A program made the position numbers and the translations under genes. From positions 124,001 to 188,000 of IMG/VR virus record IMGVR_UViG_3300048927_000250: a stretch of 64,000 nt of DNA; one strand, 5' to 3'. The notes under the pieces were generated by a model. That model saw only the letters and a list, made by a program, of their open reading frames with translations. It ran no database searches and was not told the DNA's origin. This document shows positions 9,941 through 20,718 of this stretch, piece by piece. Positions within the stretch are counted from its first letter, which is position 1. Each line of letters begins with the position of its first letter.

Positions 9941-11107
9941 ATGGCATCGAGAAATGACCAGATTCGCGAGAGTCTGGAAATCTTGCATCGGTCCAACGGC
10001 TTAGGGGGATTGAGCGCACAAGCGTTCGAGATGCTGTATGGCATCAACTACCGTGCCACGGGGGTTATCCTCCCCGCGAACACCGACCAGGTCGGGTTGA
10101 CGTTCTTTACGAAAACCGACATGAACTTGCAGGAAGAGAACATTACACAAGATAGAAGCTTAAGTCCCATGATTTCACGGGAAGCGTTGACGTACCCCCG
10201 TGCTATCCGAGCGTATCTTGACCCTTGGGGTGCCGCAAACAGCGGTTACGATACCCCGTTAGTTAACCCACGTCAGGCTTTCATTGCACCGTTAACCAAC
10301 CTATTGACCTCCGTTTCCGGTTGGCCAGACCCGGTGATGGGGACGCACGTTTCCCGGGAAGGTATCCTCGGTGAGCAGTGGGGGATGGCAGATGGCATCT
10401 ACGAGTACAATGGGCAATGGGACATGTCCGCCACCTTCAACAACGTCGAAGGGAACTTGTTGGTGTCCATGTTCAACAACTGGGTACGTTACGAGGATGG
10501 CGTGTACACGGGACGACTGATGCCGTATCCGTGGAACAACTTCATGTCCCGTATCGACTACGTTACCCGGTGCTATCGTCTGATACTCGACCCCGGTCGT
10601 CAGTTCGTTCAGAACATCATGGCCTGTGGTTACGGTTTCCCTACCACGGTACCTTGGGGTGGGATTGCTGACTTCGACTCCTCGGACAACTTCGCGACGG
10701 CCAACAATAAGATAACGATTCAGTTCCGTTGTTTTGGCGCGATGTACGACGACCCAATTCTGTATTTCGAGTTCAACCAGACGGTGGCGAAGTTCAACCC
10801 GGACTTGCAGATTGCCAACGCCGGGCGGTTGTACCAGGAAGACATCAAATTGAAAAGCGCGGACTATTATCGTGTCACCGCTGAACAACGCGATTACCTG
10901 GTCGGCTATTGCTACCCACTGATTCACCCGTTCACCCAGGAACTGTGCTGGTTCATCGAGAAAGCGGTGTACAACCAAATCATGAACTATTACGGTGCTG
11001 GCCGTGTGGCAGCGCAGGACTTTAATGCGATTCAGCAGGATACCGCAGATGTGGCCGGTGGCTACATGGCGAACACGCTGGAATCCGCCGATGACACCGG
11101 CTTATAA
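9941..11107 (+). CDS. Virion tail/baseplate protein (phiKZ gp88-like)
   Basis: Start moved to ATG 9941 (SD AGAGG), which avoids overlap with the divergent gene; synteny. Confidence 0.65.
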   Translation: MASRNDQIRESLEILHRSNGLGGLSAQAFEMLYGINYRATGVILPANTDQVGLTFFTKTDMNLQEENITQDRSLSPMISREALTYPRAIRAYLDPWGAANSGYDTPLVNPRQAFIAPLTNLLTSVSGWPDPVMGTHVSREGILGEQWGMADGIYEYNGQWDMSATFNNVEGNLLVSMFNNWVRYEDGVYTGRLMPYPWNNFMSRIDYVTRCYRLILDPGRQFVQNIMACGYGFPTTVPWGGIADFDSSDNFATANNKITIQFRCFGAMYDDPILYFEFNQTVAKFNPDLQIANAGRLYQEDIKLKSADYYRVTAEQRDYLVGYCYPLIHPFTQELCWFIEKAVYNQIMNYYGAGRVAAQDFNAIQQDTADVAGGYMANTLESADDTGL

Positions 11108-11124
11108 TTGAAAAGGTAACCAAG

Positions 11125-14070
11125 ATGTCAGACTTCGATTTAACCACACTGATGGAGCAAGCCGTGCGTAACCCGGCGGGTCTCCAGACCGTGGCCATCG
11201 ACTACGTCCAATGGCGACTCGACGGACTCACGGTACCGGACCCGTTGTCCCCCATGGTGCAAATCATGGAGGTCGGCTCAACCCAAACTGCTATCGCCAT
11301 TAACCAGGCCCTGGCCCTGGACCGTCGTCGTTATGGGTTACTGGCCACCACCTGGGAAGACCTGTACGCGGTCATGACTGACCGTGACTTCCTCAACCGG
11401 TTCTCCAAACCGGCGGGGATGCCGTTGTCCATCTGGGTAGAACGCGACACGGTACTTTCCTTGATGGCGTCAGTAGGGAACGGGTCGAAGAAATTGACCA
11501 TTCCACGCTACACGGAGTTCACGGTCTCCAACCAGTACACCTTTACCTTACTTTACCCGATTGAGATTCGCCAACTGCAACACGGTGCTATTCAGATTGG
11601 GTACAACTCGGATAAGCTGACGCCACTGCAAACGCTGACGGACAACGTGATTCCGTGGTGGAGTTCCAGGGACGATGAAGGGGTGAACCGTATTCGCCTT
11701 GACGTTAACCTGCTCCAGTTAAAACGGGTGTACCAGTTGTTCTCCCCGATGGGCGGTTCAGCCAACTCCTTCGTCATGACGTTTGAAGACAGCTACTTCT
11801 CTGCCCGCGTGTTCCGTAAAATCAACAACGGTTGGGTGGAGATGAAGACCACCCACAGTGAGCAGATTCACGACCCGCAGACCGCCACGGCGTTCCTGGA
11901 GGTAGATGAAGGCGCATTGCGTGTCACCATTCCACCTATCTACCTGACCAACGGGTTGATTCCGGGTGACATTCGTGTGGACGTCTACACCACCAAAGGA
12001 ACCCTGGAGGTGCCGTTGAGTCAGTTGGACTCGGCTGCATACAGCTGGGAATTCGGCGAAGACCTTGACGACCCGTCACAAGCGGCGTTCTGGAAAGGCT
12101 TACCGGACCTCAGCATGGCCGTGTTCTCCGAGGGTATCATCTCAGGCGGTACACCGGGCCTCACCTTTGAAGAAGCACGTGACCTGGTGATTTCTCGTGG
12201 TAGCAGCATTGATACGCCTATCACTCCGCCGCAGGTACGTGCGAACCTGGAACTTCAGGGCTTCAACGTCTTACTGGGTCGGGATGACTTGACGGACCGT
12301 GTGTACTACGCAACGCGGGGTGTACCGAACAACCCGAACAGCGAATTCACCACGTCTATCTCGTCAGGGATTGTCCCCATCAGCATTTCGATGGAGAACC
12401 TGGCGCGGTTACCGGGCTGTTACGACAACGGTGACCGGGTTACCATGACACCGAAGACGTTGATGCGTATTGAGAGCGGGCGGTTACAGGTTGTGAAAGC
12501 AGCTGAGTACCCGAACAGCGGTGCAGCGACCACGGAAACGTTGGTGGCGGCCGTGAACAACACGGAGTACGTGTATTCGCCGTTCCACTACGTACTGGAT
12601 GCCAGCAACAGCAACTTCGCGTTACGGGCGTATTACCTCGAGAACCCGAAGATGACGTTACGTGAGTTCCTGGCCGAAAACCAGTCAACGCTTCTCAGTG
12701 TCTCTACCCAGACCTTCGCCATTGAACGCACCACGTACGGTTACCGGATTGTGATTAACTGCAAACCGTCAACCGGCTATGATGCAATCAAGCAAGAAGA
12801 CGTGCACCTGCACCTCGGGTATTACCCACGCGGAGAAACGGAACTGGCCTATCTGACCGGAACCGTGTTGGGGATTATCGACGGCGTCTGGACCTGGGAG
12901 TTCCAACTCCACACCAACTACGATGTGGACGCGAACGACGACCTGGTGTTGACCAACTTCCTGCAATACGACACCACACCGCGTAACCTGACCATTGGGT
13001 TAGAGACTCGTTTCTTCCTGGTGAACTCGGTGACCAATTACCGGGTACTGAACCTGGAAGGCTCGGATGTGGATGCGTACGTTCCGGCGTTCCTGTTACC
13101 GAGCGGGGTTGACTGGGTGGGCGTGCAGTTAGAAGCCATGACCTTCCAGTTGGGTACGGCACTGACGGATTTCTGGCGTGGCTGCCGTCCGGTTGCCGGG
13201 AGTCAACAGTACCAGCTCTACACCCAAGACGTGCTGAAGTACTACGCGTCGGATGTGTACGAGATGGACCCGAGCACCAAACGGCCGAAGTATACCATCG
13301 TCAACGGTGAGATGGTGTACACCAAGTTGCACTCGAAAGGGGACCCGGTACTGGATGCCGTGGGTAACCAGGAAATTGAGTACTATGCCGGGCAGGTGAA
13401 GGTTGATGACAACGGGGAACCGATAGTCGTCTCAGAGCGTCCTACGCTGCGTCTGATGGACCTGTTCGTTATGGACGGGGCTTACTACTTCACAGACCAG
13501 AAAGAGGCGCTGGCTGACGCACAGTACCTTCCAGCGCGTATTGCCGATACGTACGTAGCAACCATCGAGCAAATCGCAGGGCGTGGCCTGGAAAGTACCT
13601 GGTATTACTACTATCCGAAGACCACCATCGGGCAGATTAACGTGTTGACGGATTCTTCACGCTCTCTGATGATGAACTCTCGGGTGAACGGTGTCTGTAC
13701 GCTGAAGCTGTCAGAGTTGGGCTACAACAACGAGGAATACCAGAAGTCAGTGAGCAGGGTGATTACGGACATCATCAATGCACACCTGAAACTGGAAACG
13801 GTGTCGAAGATGGATATCATGGCCGACATCAAGGAGAAGACCGACAGCGACCTGATTGGGTGCGAGTTGTACTTGTACTCGAATGGGGTTGAAGTTGAAA
13901 CCATCTCCGCCGGTGATGAAGCCGTTCGCTTCTCGCTGAACCGTGTTCTGTACCTGCGTGATGACGGTAAGCTTGGCGTGAAGGAAGACATGACCTTTAC
14001 TCCGAAACCGCACATCACCAAGTCGGATTCGTTGTACAGCACCAGTGTCAACAAACTGACGCAAGTCTAA
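11125..14070 (+). CDS. Large virion tail/baseplate protein (phiKZ gp87-like)
   Basis: 981 aa, beta-rich; SD AAAGG; synteny. Confidence 0.65.
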   Translation: MSDFDLTTLMEQAVRNPAGLQTVAIDYVQWRLDGLTVPDPLSPMVQIMEVGSTQTAIAINQALALDRRRYGLLATTWEDLYAVMTDRDFLNRFSKPAGMPLSIWVERDTVLSLMASVGNGSKKLTIPRYTEFTVSNQYTFTLLYPIEIRQLQHGAIQIGYNSDKLTPLQTLTDNVIPWWSSRDDEGVNRIRLDVNLLQLKRVYQLFSPMGGSANSFVMTFEDSYFSARVFRKINNGWVEMKTTHSEQIHDPQTATAFLEVDEGALRVTIPPIYLTNGLIPGDIRVDVYTTKGTLEVPLSQLDSAAYSWEFGEDLDDPSQAAFWKGLPDLSMAVFSEGIISGGTPGLTFEEARDLVISRGSSIDTPITPPQVRANLELQGFNVLLGRDDLTDRVYYATRGVPNNPNSEFTTSISSGIVPISISMENLARLPGCYDNGDRVTMTPKTLMRIESGRLQVVKAAEYPNSGAATTETLVAAVNNTEYVYSPFHYVLDASNSNFALRAYYLENPKMTLREFLAENQSTLLSVSTQTFAIERTTYGYRIVINCKPSTGYDAIKQEDVHLHLGYYPRGETELAYLTGTVLGIIDGVWTWEFQLHTNYDVDANDDLVLTNFLQYDTTPRNLTIGLETRFFLVNSVTNYRVLNLEGSDVDAYVPAFLLPSGVDWVGVQLEAMTFQLGTALTDFWRGCRPVAGSQQYQLYTQDVLKYYASDVYEMDPSTKRPKYTIVNGEMVYTKLHSKGDPVLDAVGNQEIEYYAGQVKVDDNGEPIVVSERPTLRLMDLFVMDGAYYFTDQKEALADAQYLPARIADTYVATIEQIAGRGLESTWYYYYPKTTIGQINVLTDSSRSLMMNSRVNGVCTLKLSELGYNNEEYQKSVSRVITDIINAHLKLETVSKMDIMADIKEKTDSDLIGCELYLYSNGVEVETISAGDEAVRFSLNRVLYLRDDGKLGVKEDMTFTPKPHITKSDSLYSTSVNKLTQV

Positions 14071-14082
14071 ACGGCATAAAGG

Positions 14083-14108
14083 CCCTGGTACCCTTCGGGG
14101 TACCAGGG
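14083..14108. terminator. Bidirectional terminator between convergent genes
   Basis: CCCTGGTACCC-TTCG-GGGTACCAGGG. Confidence 0.85.
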
Positions 14109-14114
14109 TTCCTT

Positions 14115-15485
14115 TTATTTCTTCATTCTGCTTTCGAGGTACTTCTTCTCTTCCGCAGTGACGTTCTTCAGGATATCAGACGCATCCATGTTCGCTTTCG
14201 CTGCTTCGCGTTGCGCCACATCGAATTCAAACGCCAGACACGCTGACACCTTATCCGCGAACTGACGCATCAGATGCAGTAACCAGCCCGACAGCAACAC
14301 ACAGGTGTTGAAGATTTGCTGGAACTCGCCCAGAGCACGGATGATGTCCTGAAGCAGCGTGAAGTCCGACATGCGACTTTCGTGGAAGGTGTTGCGAATC
14401 TGCTCGGTGTCCTTCAGCATCTTCTCCGCATACTTCGAAATTTCTTCCTGCGTTTTGATGATGCCTTCTGGAATCGACAGCATGTTGCGGCTGTGACCCG
14501 GACCACCCACGATACGGGCAATACCTTCTTGCAGTTTACGGATAGACTTCGAATCAGTCGCGATACTTTGCTTCTGGTCGTTCTTCTCCGCCAACTTGGC
14601 ACGGAAGTCCTTCAGACCGTTCACGATGTCTGCTGGTTCACTTCCCGCCACCTTAACCTGGTTCTTCGCCAACATGCGCTTGAGGCCCGGGAAGGAACGG
14701 TCAATCGCCGTGTCTTCCTGAATACGCTCCAGACGCAGTTTCACCTGGCCCGCACCCACGGTACCTTTCTCACGCAGATAACCTGAACAGGTTTCTTCGC
14801 CCACCTTGTAGCTTTCGCTCAAGACTTTCGCGTAGTTGTTCAGGTCACCCAGCATCCCAAAGATATCCGCGGATAACCCGTTCGGATTCAGCAGGTCACG
14901 CGTTAACCCGGTGTAGTGCTCGAGCAACCCATCGGTTAAGCGCTTGTACTGTTCCGCACTGGTCAGGACCTTTTCCACTTCCTGGTCACCGACTTTGCTG
15001 CGGATGTTATCCGACCCTTTGGCAGAAGCAGACCCGCCCGTGGAACTGCCCATCAAGGCACCCGCGTCGTCTTTCCCTTTCCCAAAGAAGCCCAGCACCC
15101 ATTTAATCAACTTGTACAGGAACGCTGCGCCAGCCACCAGGACTGCTGCAATGATACCTGCACGTTTGCCGTCGATGTCTTCAATAGCAACCTGCATGTT
15201 GGTGCGAGACCGACGCTGCGTGTAGCTTTGAACCGGGTACAGTTCATTCAGGGGACCGGCGAACGATTCAACGGCCGCCATAGTATCGCGGTTCACCCCG
15301 CGCGCTTTGACATCGGCACTCATGCGCTCGAGTTCGCTAATCAGCGGCTCGGCGTTGTTGCGCTGGACTTCATACTCAGAATAAATCTGGTTGATTTCCA
15401 TCACCATGGTGCGTAGGTCTTTACCGTCAGCGGCGATGAAGTTGAAAATCTCCTTCACCGGCTTGACGACTTGTTCGTTATCCAT
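14115..15485 (-). CDS. Internal head protein with a hydrophobic segment (phiKZ gp86-like)
   Basis: AVE/AIE sites followed by GIIAAVLVAGAAFLYKLIKWVLGFF; SD GGAGG. Confidence 0.65.
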   Translation of the reverse strand: MDNEQVVKPVKEIFNFIAADGKDLRTMVMEINQIYSEYEVQRNNAEPLISELERMSADVKARGVNRDTMAAVESFAGPLNELYPVQSYTQRRSRTNMQVAIEDIDGKRAGIIAAVLVAGAAFLYKLIKWVLGFFGKGKDDAGALMGSSTGGSASAKGSDNIRSKVGDQEVEKVLTSAEQYKRLTDGLLEHYTGLTRDLLNPNGLSADIFGMLGDLNNYAKVLSESYKVGEETCSGYLREKGTVGAGQVKLRLERIQEDTAIDRSFPGLKRMLAKNQVKVAGSEPADIVNGLKDFRAKLAEKNDQKQSIATDSKSIRKLQEGIARIVGGPGHSRNMLSIPEGIIKTQEEISKYAEKMLKDTEQIRNTFHESRMSDFTLLQDIIRALGEFQQIFNTCVLLSGWLLHLMRQFADKVSACLAFEFDVAQREAAKANMDASDILKNVTAEEKKYLESRMKK

Positions 15486-16520
15486 CTATTCCTCCAGCGT
15501 GGAATCCAACAGATTAACCACCTCGTCCACGGCACCCTGATGGGTGTCATCAACCTGTCCCAGATGGAAGAACAGGTATTCCCACTGGACGGTCAGGGTG
15601 GTGGTTAACAGATTGAGGAGTGTGCGCACGGCGTTCAACAGTAAGTAACTGTGGCTGTGCAGTGCAATCATCGGGTTGTACAGTTCGTGGAGCAGACCGT
15701 CGATACGGTTCCGACGAGACCCGCTGACTTCCCGCAGACTGTAGATGCAACGCAGGCGGTTGTCCGCCTCAAGGATACGGGCACGTAACGTGTACGGCAG
15801 TAACTTACGCAGTTGCTCTAACAGCTGAAAGTTCCCTTGTGCCAGGGTCCAGGTTAAGGTCTCACGAGGAGTTTCCATTATCCGGTCCGTGACCTTCGGG
15901 GTAGCCAGGTCTAACAGTTTCGCCAACCGCACTGGGAGGTCCGTCTCTTTACAGTTCAACGCTCTGATGAGGTCAGTGCTGACCCCAATGGCTTCGTACT
16001 GACGGTAGACGTCATCCAGTCGGGCGTTCAGGTCACCGGGCGGTTCCCACAGGGGGAAGGTGCTGGCGTCCAACAACAGTTGGATTTTATCCAGCAATCC
16101 GCTCAGGTCACTCGGGAACGCCGGGAACGACGCGACCACGTCGCGCACGCTCAAGGTTTGCGCGCAAAGCCCTTCGGCGTAAGGGGTGCGGAGACCATTC
16201 AACCGTTTAATCGCCTCACTCAGGGAATGAGGGTAGATATGGTTGACCGGATATTCAATTCGCAAGTAACTGATAATCCGGCTTAACGTGGATGTCAGGT
16301 TTAAATGGTCGGTGGCAACGCTCGCTACCTGGTAGAACGCTTCGACTACTTCCGTAACCCCGGTCAGATGGTTAAGAAGGGTATCGTCCTCCTTTTCCGT
16401 GACCGACAGCGCAGGTAAAGGGTGGTAGGCACTCAACGTTGCCAGTTTGTTGCGTAGCGCCGGAGCAATTTCCGGCTTACGGGCGTATAACGCCGCGAGA
16501 CTCTGCTCCATGGTGTTCAA
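15486..16520 (-). CDS. Hypothetical helical protein
   Basis: 344 aa Leu-rich ORF filling the operon gap. Confidence 0.6.
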   Translation of the reverse strand: MNTMEQSLAALYARKPEIAPALRNKLATLSAYHPLPALSVTEKEDDTLLNHLTGVTEVVEAFYQVASVATDHLNLTSTLSRIISYLRIEYPVNHIYPHSLSEAIKRLNGLRTPYAEGLCAQTLSVRDVVASFPAFPSDLSGLLDKIQLLLDASTFPLWEPPGDLNARLDDVYRQYEAIGVSTDLIRALNCKETDLPVRLAKLLDLATPKVTDRIMETPRETLTWTLAQGNFQLLEQLRKLLPYTLRARILEADNRLRCIYSLREVSGSRRNRIDGLLHELYNPMIALHSHSYLLLNAVRTLLNLLTTTLTVQWEYLFFHLGQVDDTHQGAVDEVVNLLDSTLEE

Positions 16521-16531
16521 CTCCCGAGAGC

Positions 16532-16978
16532 TTAGGTATGGCTCTCTTGCACTTTAAAGGCCTCTTCCACCTTCTCTCCCAGCGCACAGGCCGCAGACAG
16601 AATGGTTTCACGGGTCTGGTCATCCACTGCATAGCCGCTTAACAGGTCAGCAATCGGACACGCTTTAGAAACGTGCGCCGCCAAGCCGCCGTAATCGGTG
16701 AAGAAGACGTTCTTGTAACGCAGCTCCCACAGGCCACGGGTAATGTCCGTCACCGTGGTGGTTTCCAGCAGGAAGCGTTCGTTAAACTCAGACACGAACT
16801 GCGCCACGTCAGCAAAGTAATGTTTGACGTAGTACAGCTCGGGGTTCTCCTGACGACTGGAAGGTAGCGGCAGGCTGTACGCCAATGCAACACCGAGGGC
16901 CAGGGAGATTTTCTTTTTGTCATTGCCGAGAGACATGACCAGGGGTTCCACCATCCCCGCAACAAGCGCACGATTCAT
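16532..16978 (-). CDS. Small virion protein (phiKZ gp85-like)
   Basis: 148 aa; SD GGAG; synteny. Confidence 0.55.
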   Translation of the reverse strand: MNRALVAGMVEPLVMSLGNDKKKISLALGVALAYSLPLPSSRQENPELYYVKHYFADVAQFVSEFNERFLLETTTVTDITRGLWELRYKNVFFTDYGGLAAHVSKACPIADLLSGYAVDDQTRETILSAACALGEKVEEAFKVQESHT

Positions 16979-16992
16979 CGTTCTACTCCGAA

Positions 16993-18288
16993 TTAACTGA
17001 GAACACGCAGCTGAGCAGCCGCAGTGAAGAGGTCGTTGTTCATCAACGCCTCGAGGTTCTGTAGCTCCTCACGCTTTGCCTTCTGGCCGCGTGTTGCAGG
17101 AGACACTAACAGGTAAATCTTTTCCAGCACCGTTTCCCGGTCCTTCAGGTCAGCAATCAGACCGTCAATGACTTTGACGTCTGTGGTCAGCTGAATGGCG
17201 CGTGGTTTCGGTAACGCTGGGTGCTTCATCTGCGAGATTAAATCCCGTTTGATGCGCGTCAGGCGTTCACGCGGTTTGTCGTACTCACGCTCATGCGGGG
17301 AGACCAACAGCACCATGATGGACATGTACATCAACAGGAAGTTGAAGCTCATGACTGCCACGGTGGCCATCAGGATGTACCCCACCACCTTCACCAACTC
17401 CATCACGAAGTAGGTCAAAGTGTTGCGATAGGAGTTCGGGTCAACCTGGTTCATGATTTTGAACAGGCCGCTGGCCAATGCACGACCGGCACCCATACGG
17501 GAGGCGAATTGGTCGGACAAAGATTCCCAGCTACGGTTGTCATAAAGACTGGTACCGAACTCAGAGCGGGATTGGTTCACCACTTCGGTCAAGAGCACCA
17601 GTTGCATGGTTTTCTCGTCGGTGGTGTTCAGCAGCTCTTCGTTCTTGGTCACGTCAACGCCAGTTTTCTCTTTGAGTTCACTGAACAGTTTCACCCGGTG
17701 CTGTTTCTCAGTCACGCCCAGGGCGGAGCGAGCGAAATGGGTCAGGACGAAGCATGTCGTGTCTACCTGGCCAAGGTAGGTGAAGTACGACATCAGGTGC
17801 CCGATTTCATGCAGCACAACAGCGGCAATCTCTTCCGCTTCAAACGTGCCGGAAGAAATACAACCCGTGGTGATGTAAACTTTGTTCACCAGTTTAGAGA
17901 AAAAGCCCGAGACCTTGGCGTTTTCCAAATCAACCGTACCTTCAACCCCTTCACCACCCCAACGGATTTGCGCCATCCCGTCTGTGCGTTCTGCAAAGTA
18001 CTGACGCCAGCGGTTGACCAGGGGATGGTTGACATCAATCTGTGGTGCCACCACGTAAGCATTAGGTTTGGGGTAGTTCTCTAACTCGAACTCCACAAAC
18101 AGGTTCATGTGAACTTTAAAGATATCCTGAAGACGTTTCTTCTGAAGGAAAACCTTCTTCGTTTTTTTGAATTCGTTAATCATGTCTTCAAACGCGAGTG
18201 TCAGTTCTCGGAAGACTTTGGGGTTCTCCTGAGGATTCACCGCTTCGACACTGACAATCGGGAGCGGCGCAATAGGGGCGATTAACAT
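16993..18288 (-). CDS. Virion protein with a zinc-metallopeptidase motif and membrane segment (phiKZ gp83/84-like)
   Basis: AAVVLHEIGH (HExxH), downstream ESLSDQFASRMG, long hydrophobic stretch, N-terminal VSVE site. Confidence 0.7.
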   Translation of the reverse strand: MLIAPIAPLPIVSVEAVNPQENPKVFRELTLAFEDMINEFKKTKKVFLQKKRLQDIFKVHMNLFVEFELENYPKPNAYVVAPQIDVNHPLVNRWRQYFAERTDGMAQIRWGGEGVEGTVDLENAKVSGFFSKLVNKVYITTGCISSGTFEAEEIAAVVLHEIGHLMSYFTYLGQVDTTCFVLTHFARSALGVTEKQHRVKLFSELKEKTGVDVTKNEELLNTTDEKTMQLVLLTEVVNQSRSEFGTSLYDNRSWESLSDQFASRMGAGRALASGLFKIMNQVDPNSYRNTLTYFVMELVKVVGYILMATVAVMSFNFLLMYMSIMVLLVSPHEREYDKPRERLTRIKRDLISQMKHPALPKPRAIQLTTDVKVIDGLIADLKDRETVLEKIYLLVSPATRGQKAKREELQNLEALMNNDLFTAAAQLRVLS

Positions 18289-18426
18289 GGTTCCGTGGCC
18301 TCGTCAATAAGAGATATACAGGGTTGAGTACACAGAATAGGCTCTGTCGTATAGAGGTGGTAATAAAAAACGTCAGGGTACCTTGTTATAGAGACTTAGA
18401 AAATACGTTGGAAAGGAATAACCTCC

Positions 18427-20184
18427 ATGACCGAAGTAGCGAAACCTAAATTATTAGGGCGTGAGTTTAAGCACGCCACGAAGGTGAATTCCAAATTCAA
18501 TGACCACGATGAGGCCATCTTCGTAAAAGAAATCGAACACTGGGACAACGGTGTGCGTATCCCGAAAATTCGAATGATTAAAAACTTCGAGCGCACCTTC
18601 TACGTCACCCGTGATAAGTTCCGGACCCACAAAGAGAAACGGAGTTGGGAAGACAAAGACAAGCTGCGCGAATACCGCTGTACCGAACGCGAGATGCCAC
18701 TGGCCATCGTTAAAGCGTTAGGGTACGGCAGACCTTCCAGTATTAAGCAATTGAACCGCAGTCCCTATCTGTACGGTACGGACATCAACTCCACCACCAT
18801 TATCAAACGGGAATATGACCGTAAGTGGGGCGAGTACAAATCGGACTATCTGACCGCACACCTCGATATCGAACGTGACGTGACCTTCGGTACCGAAGCG
18901 ATTCAGATGATTTCCATCTCGTGTGGCAACGAAGTGTTCCAGGTTATTACTGAACACTACATGGCGGGTGACACCGAATTCCTGGACAAGGTACGCAAGT
19001 GTTACGATGCTGAAATCCCACCTATCTTCGAAGAACTGGCTGCCGCCCGTGACGAAGACGGGAAACCGAAGTTCTTTAAAGGGAAAGTCCACGAACCGTT
19101 CAACATTATCCTGAAGACGGCGAAGACAGAAGCGGAAGCGGTTATCCTGGCGTTCGACTATCTGCACGAGAAGAAACCGGATATCCTGTCCATCTGGAAC
19201 TTACCGTACGACTTAGAGAAGATGTGCATTGCGCTTAAGCGTGAGAACATCGAACCTGAGGATGTGTTCTGTGACCCGAAGATTCCAAAAGAATACCGTT
19301 ACTTCCGTTTCCAGGAAGGGTCCGCACGTATCCTCGATGCGAACGGCGAAGGGGCTAACAAAGAACCGCAAGACCGTTGGCACCGTGTAAACTGTCCGTC
19401 CCACTTCTTCTGGGCAGACCAGATGTGTGTCCGCCGTGCTATCCGTAAGCACTTGCCGAAAGAAGGTGGTTACGGATTGGGTGCCGTGCTGATGCGTGTG
19501 TTCGGTTTCGGTAAGCTCAAAGGTGACGCCGGTAAGAACCGTTCAACCGGTATCGACTGGCACCGTCAAATGCAACGTAACGAAAAGGTCTTCTACTGCG
19601 TCTACAACATGTTCGATAACATCGGTGCACAGTTGTTGGATGAGTATACCCTGGACTTACGTAACACCTTCCCCGCGCAGTGCGGTTGGTCAGACATGTC
19701 CAACTACGGTTCGCAGGGTAAGAAGTTGTATGACGACCAGTACTTCAAACTACTGGAAAGAGAGAACACCGTTATCTGCGGTATCTCTGACCAGATGCAG
19801 AATGAAATGGACGACTTGCTGGTTACGCTTGAAGGTTGGATTTGTACCCTGTCTTCTCACCTCATTGACCGCGGGATGGGTAACAAGGTCATCAAGGAAT
19901 TCCCGGATATCCTGACCAAGGTTATCAAATGGGTGCTGGACATTGACGTGAAGTCTTCCTACCCGTCCACCGGTGTGTGGATGAACCTGGAACAGCAGAC
20001 TATCATCCGTCAGATGTGCAAAATCCTGGGGATTACGATGGAAGAGCAACGTCGCCTTGGTATTAACTTACCGGCAGGGGCTGTAAACGCCGTAAACATT
20101 ATGACAACTATCTGCAACGCGCCGAGCCAGGAAACCATGCTGCATCGCTTTGCTAAAGCTCGGGGTATCACACTGGAATACTAA
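18427..20184 (+). CDS. Split family-B DNA polymerase, exonuclease + motif A subunit (phiKZ gp82-like)
   Basis: ExoI LDIERD, ExoII WNLPYD, ExoIII YNMFD, polymerase motif A DIDVKSSYPS. Confidence 0.85.
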   Translation: MTEVAKPKLLGREFKHATKVNSKFNDHDEAIFVKEIEHWDNGVRIPKIRMIKNFERTFYVTRDKFRTHKEKRSWEDKDKLREYRCTEREMPLAIVKALGYGRPSSIKQLNRSPYLYGTDINSTTIIKREYDRKWGEYKSDYLTAHLDIERDVTFGTEAIQMISISCGNEVFQVITEHYMAGDTEFLDKVRKCYDAEIPPIFEELAAARDEDGKPKFFKGKVHEPFNIILKTAKTEAEAVILAFDYLHEKKPDILSIWNLPYDLEKMCIALKRENIEPEDVFCDPKIPKEYRYFRFQEGSARILDANGEGANKEPQDRWHRVNCPSHFFWADQMCVRRAIRKHLPKEGGYGLGAVLMRVFGFGKLKGDAGKNRSTGIDWHRQMQRNEKVFYCVYNMFDNIGAQLLDEYTLDLRNTFPAQCGWSDMSNYGSQGKKLYDDQYFKLLERENTVICGISDQMQNEMDDLLVTLEGWICTLSSHLIDRGMGNKVIKEFPDILTKVIKWVLDIDVKSSYPSTGVWMNLEQQTIIRQMCKILGITMEEQRRLGINLPAGAVNAVNIMTTICNAPSQETMLHRFAKARGITLEY

Positions 20185-20190
20185 GGAGTC

Positions 20191-20718
20191 GTGATGGGGT
20201 CGTTAATCCAACGCGCTTTACAGCAGAGTAACGGGGACGTGGTGATTCAGACCATTCGTGAACGCTCGGACCCGGTACTGCGCCACTACCTCCAACCCAT
20301 TATGAAACTGTACCAACAGCTGGACTACGAGATGTCAGCGTTCCACGAGCAGGCCTTTGGCGTGTCCGGTGAAAGCTACCAGTTCAGTGAAGGAGAACTC
20401 TTCGACGAGTTAGACCAGGGGAACATCCTGCTGGTCATTCATGACTTGTCGGGTGCTCTTGGGTTGGCACAGGTGAAGGTGGAAGAGGAAGGGACACGGA
20501 CGAAAGAGTTGGTCATCCGTTACCTGGTGGTTGGTGAAGAGCAACGCGGGAAAGGTTACGGTACTCACCTGTTAAACAAGGTGATGACCATTGCCGAAGA
20601 AGAAAAGGTAGACCACATCACACTCGGGGTCTACGTGCAGAACGAAGGAGCCATGCGTTTGTACAGCAAATTCGGGATGCGTCCGTACTACCAGGCGTTG
20701 GTACGCAAAAATAAATAA
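20191..20718 (+). CDS. GNAT-family acetyltransferase
   Basis: Motif A LVVGEEQRGKGYGTHLL; motif B LGVYVQNEGAMRLYSKFG. Confidence 0.9.
   Translation: MMGSLIQRALQQSNGDVVIQTIRERSDPVLRHYLQPIMKLYQQLDYEMSAFHEQAFGVSGESYQFSEGELFDELDQGNILLVIHDLSGALGLAQVKVEEEGTRTKELVIRYLVVGEEQRGKGYGTHLLNKVMTIAEEEKVDHITLGVYVQNEGAMRLYSKFGMRPYYQALVRKNK

Noticed and set aside
15483-15500. In-frame TAG-ATG junction between 15486..16520 and 14115..15485 as a second readthrough site
   Set aside because: A strong SD (GGAGG) sits just upstream of the ATG, so ordinary translational coupling explains it. It would matter only if amber suppression were shown.
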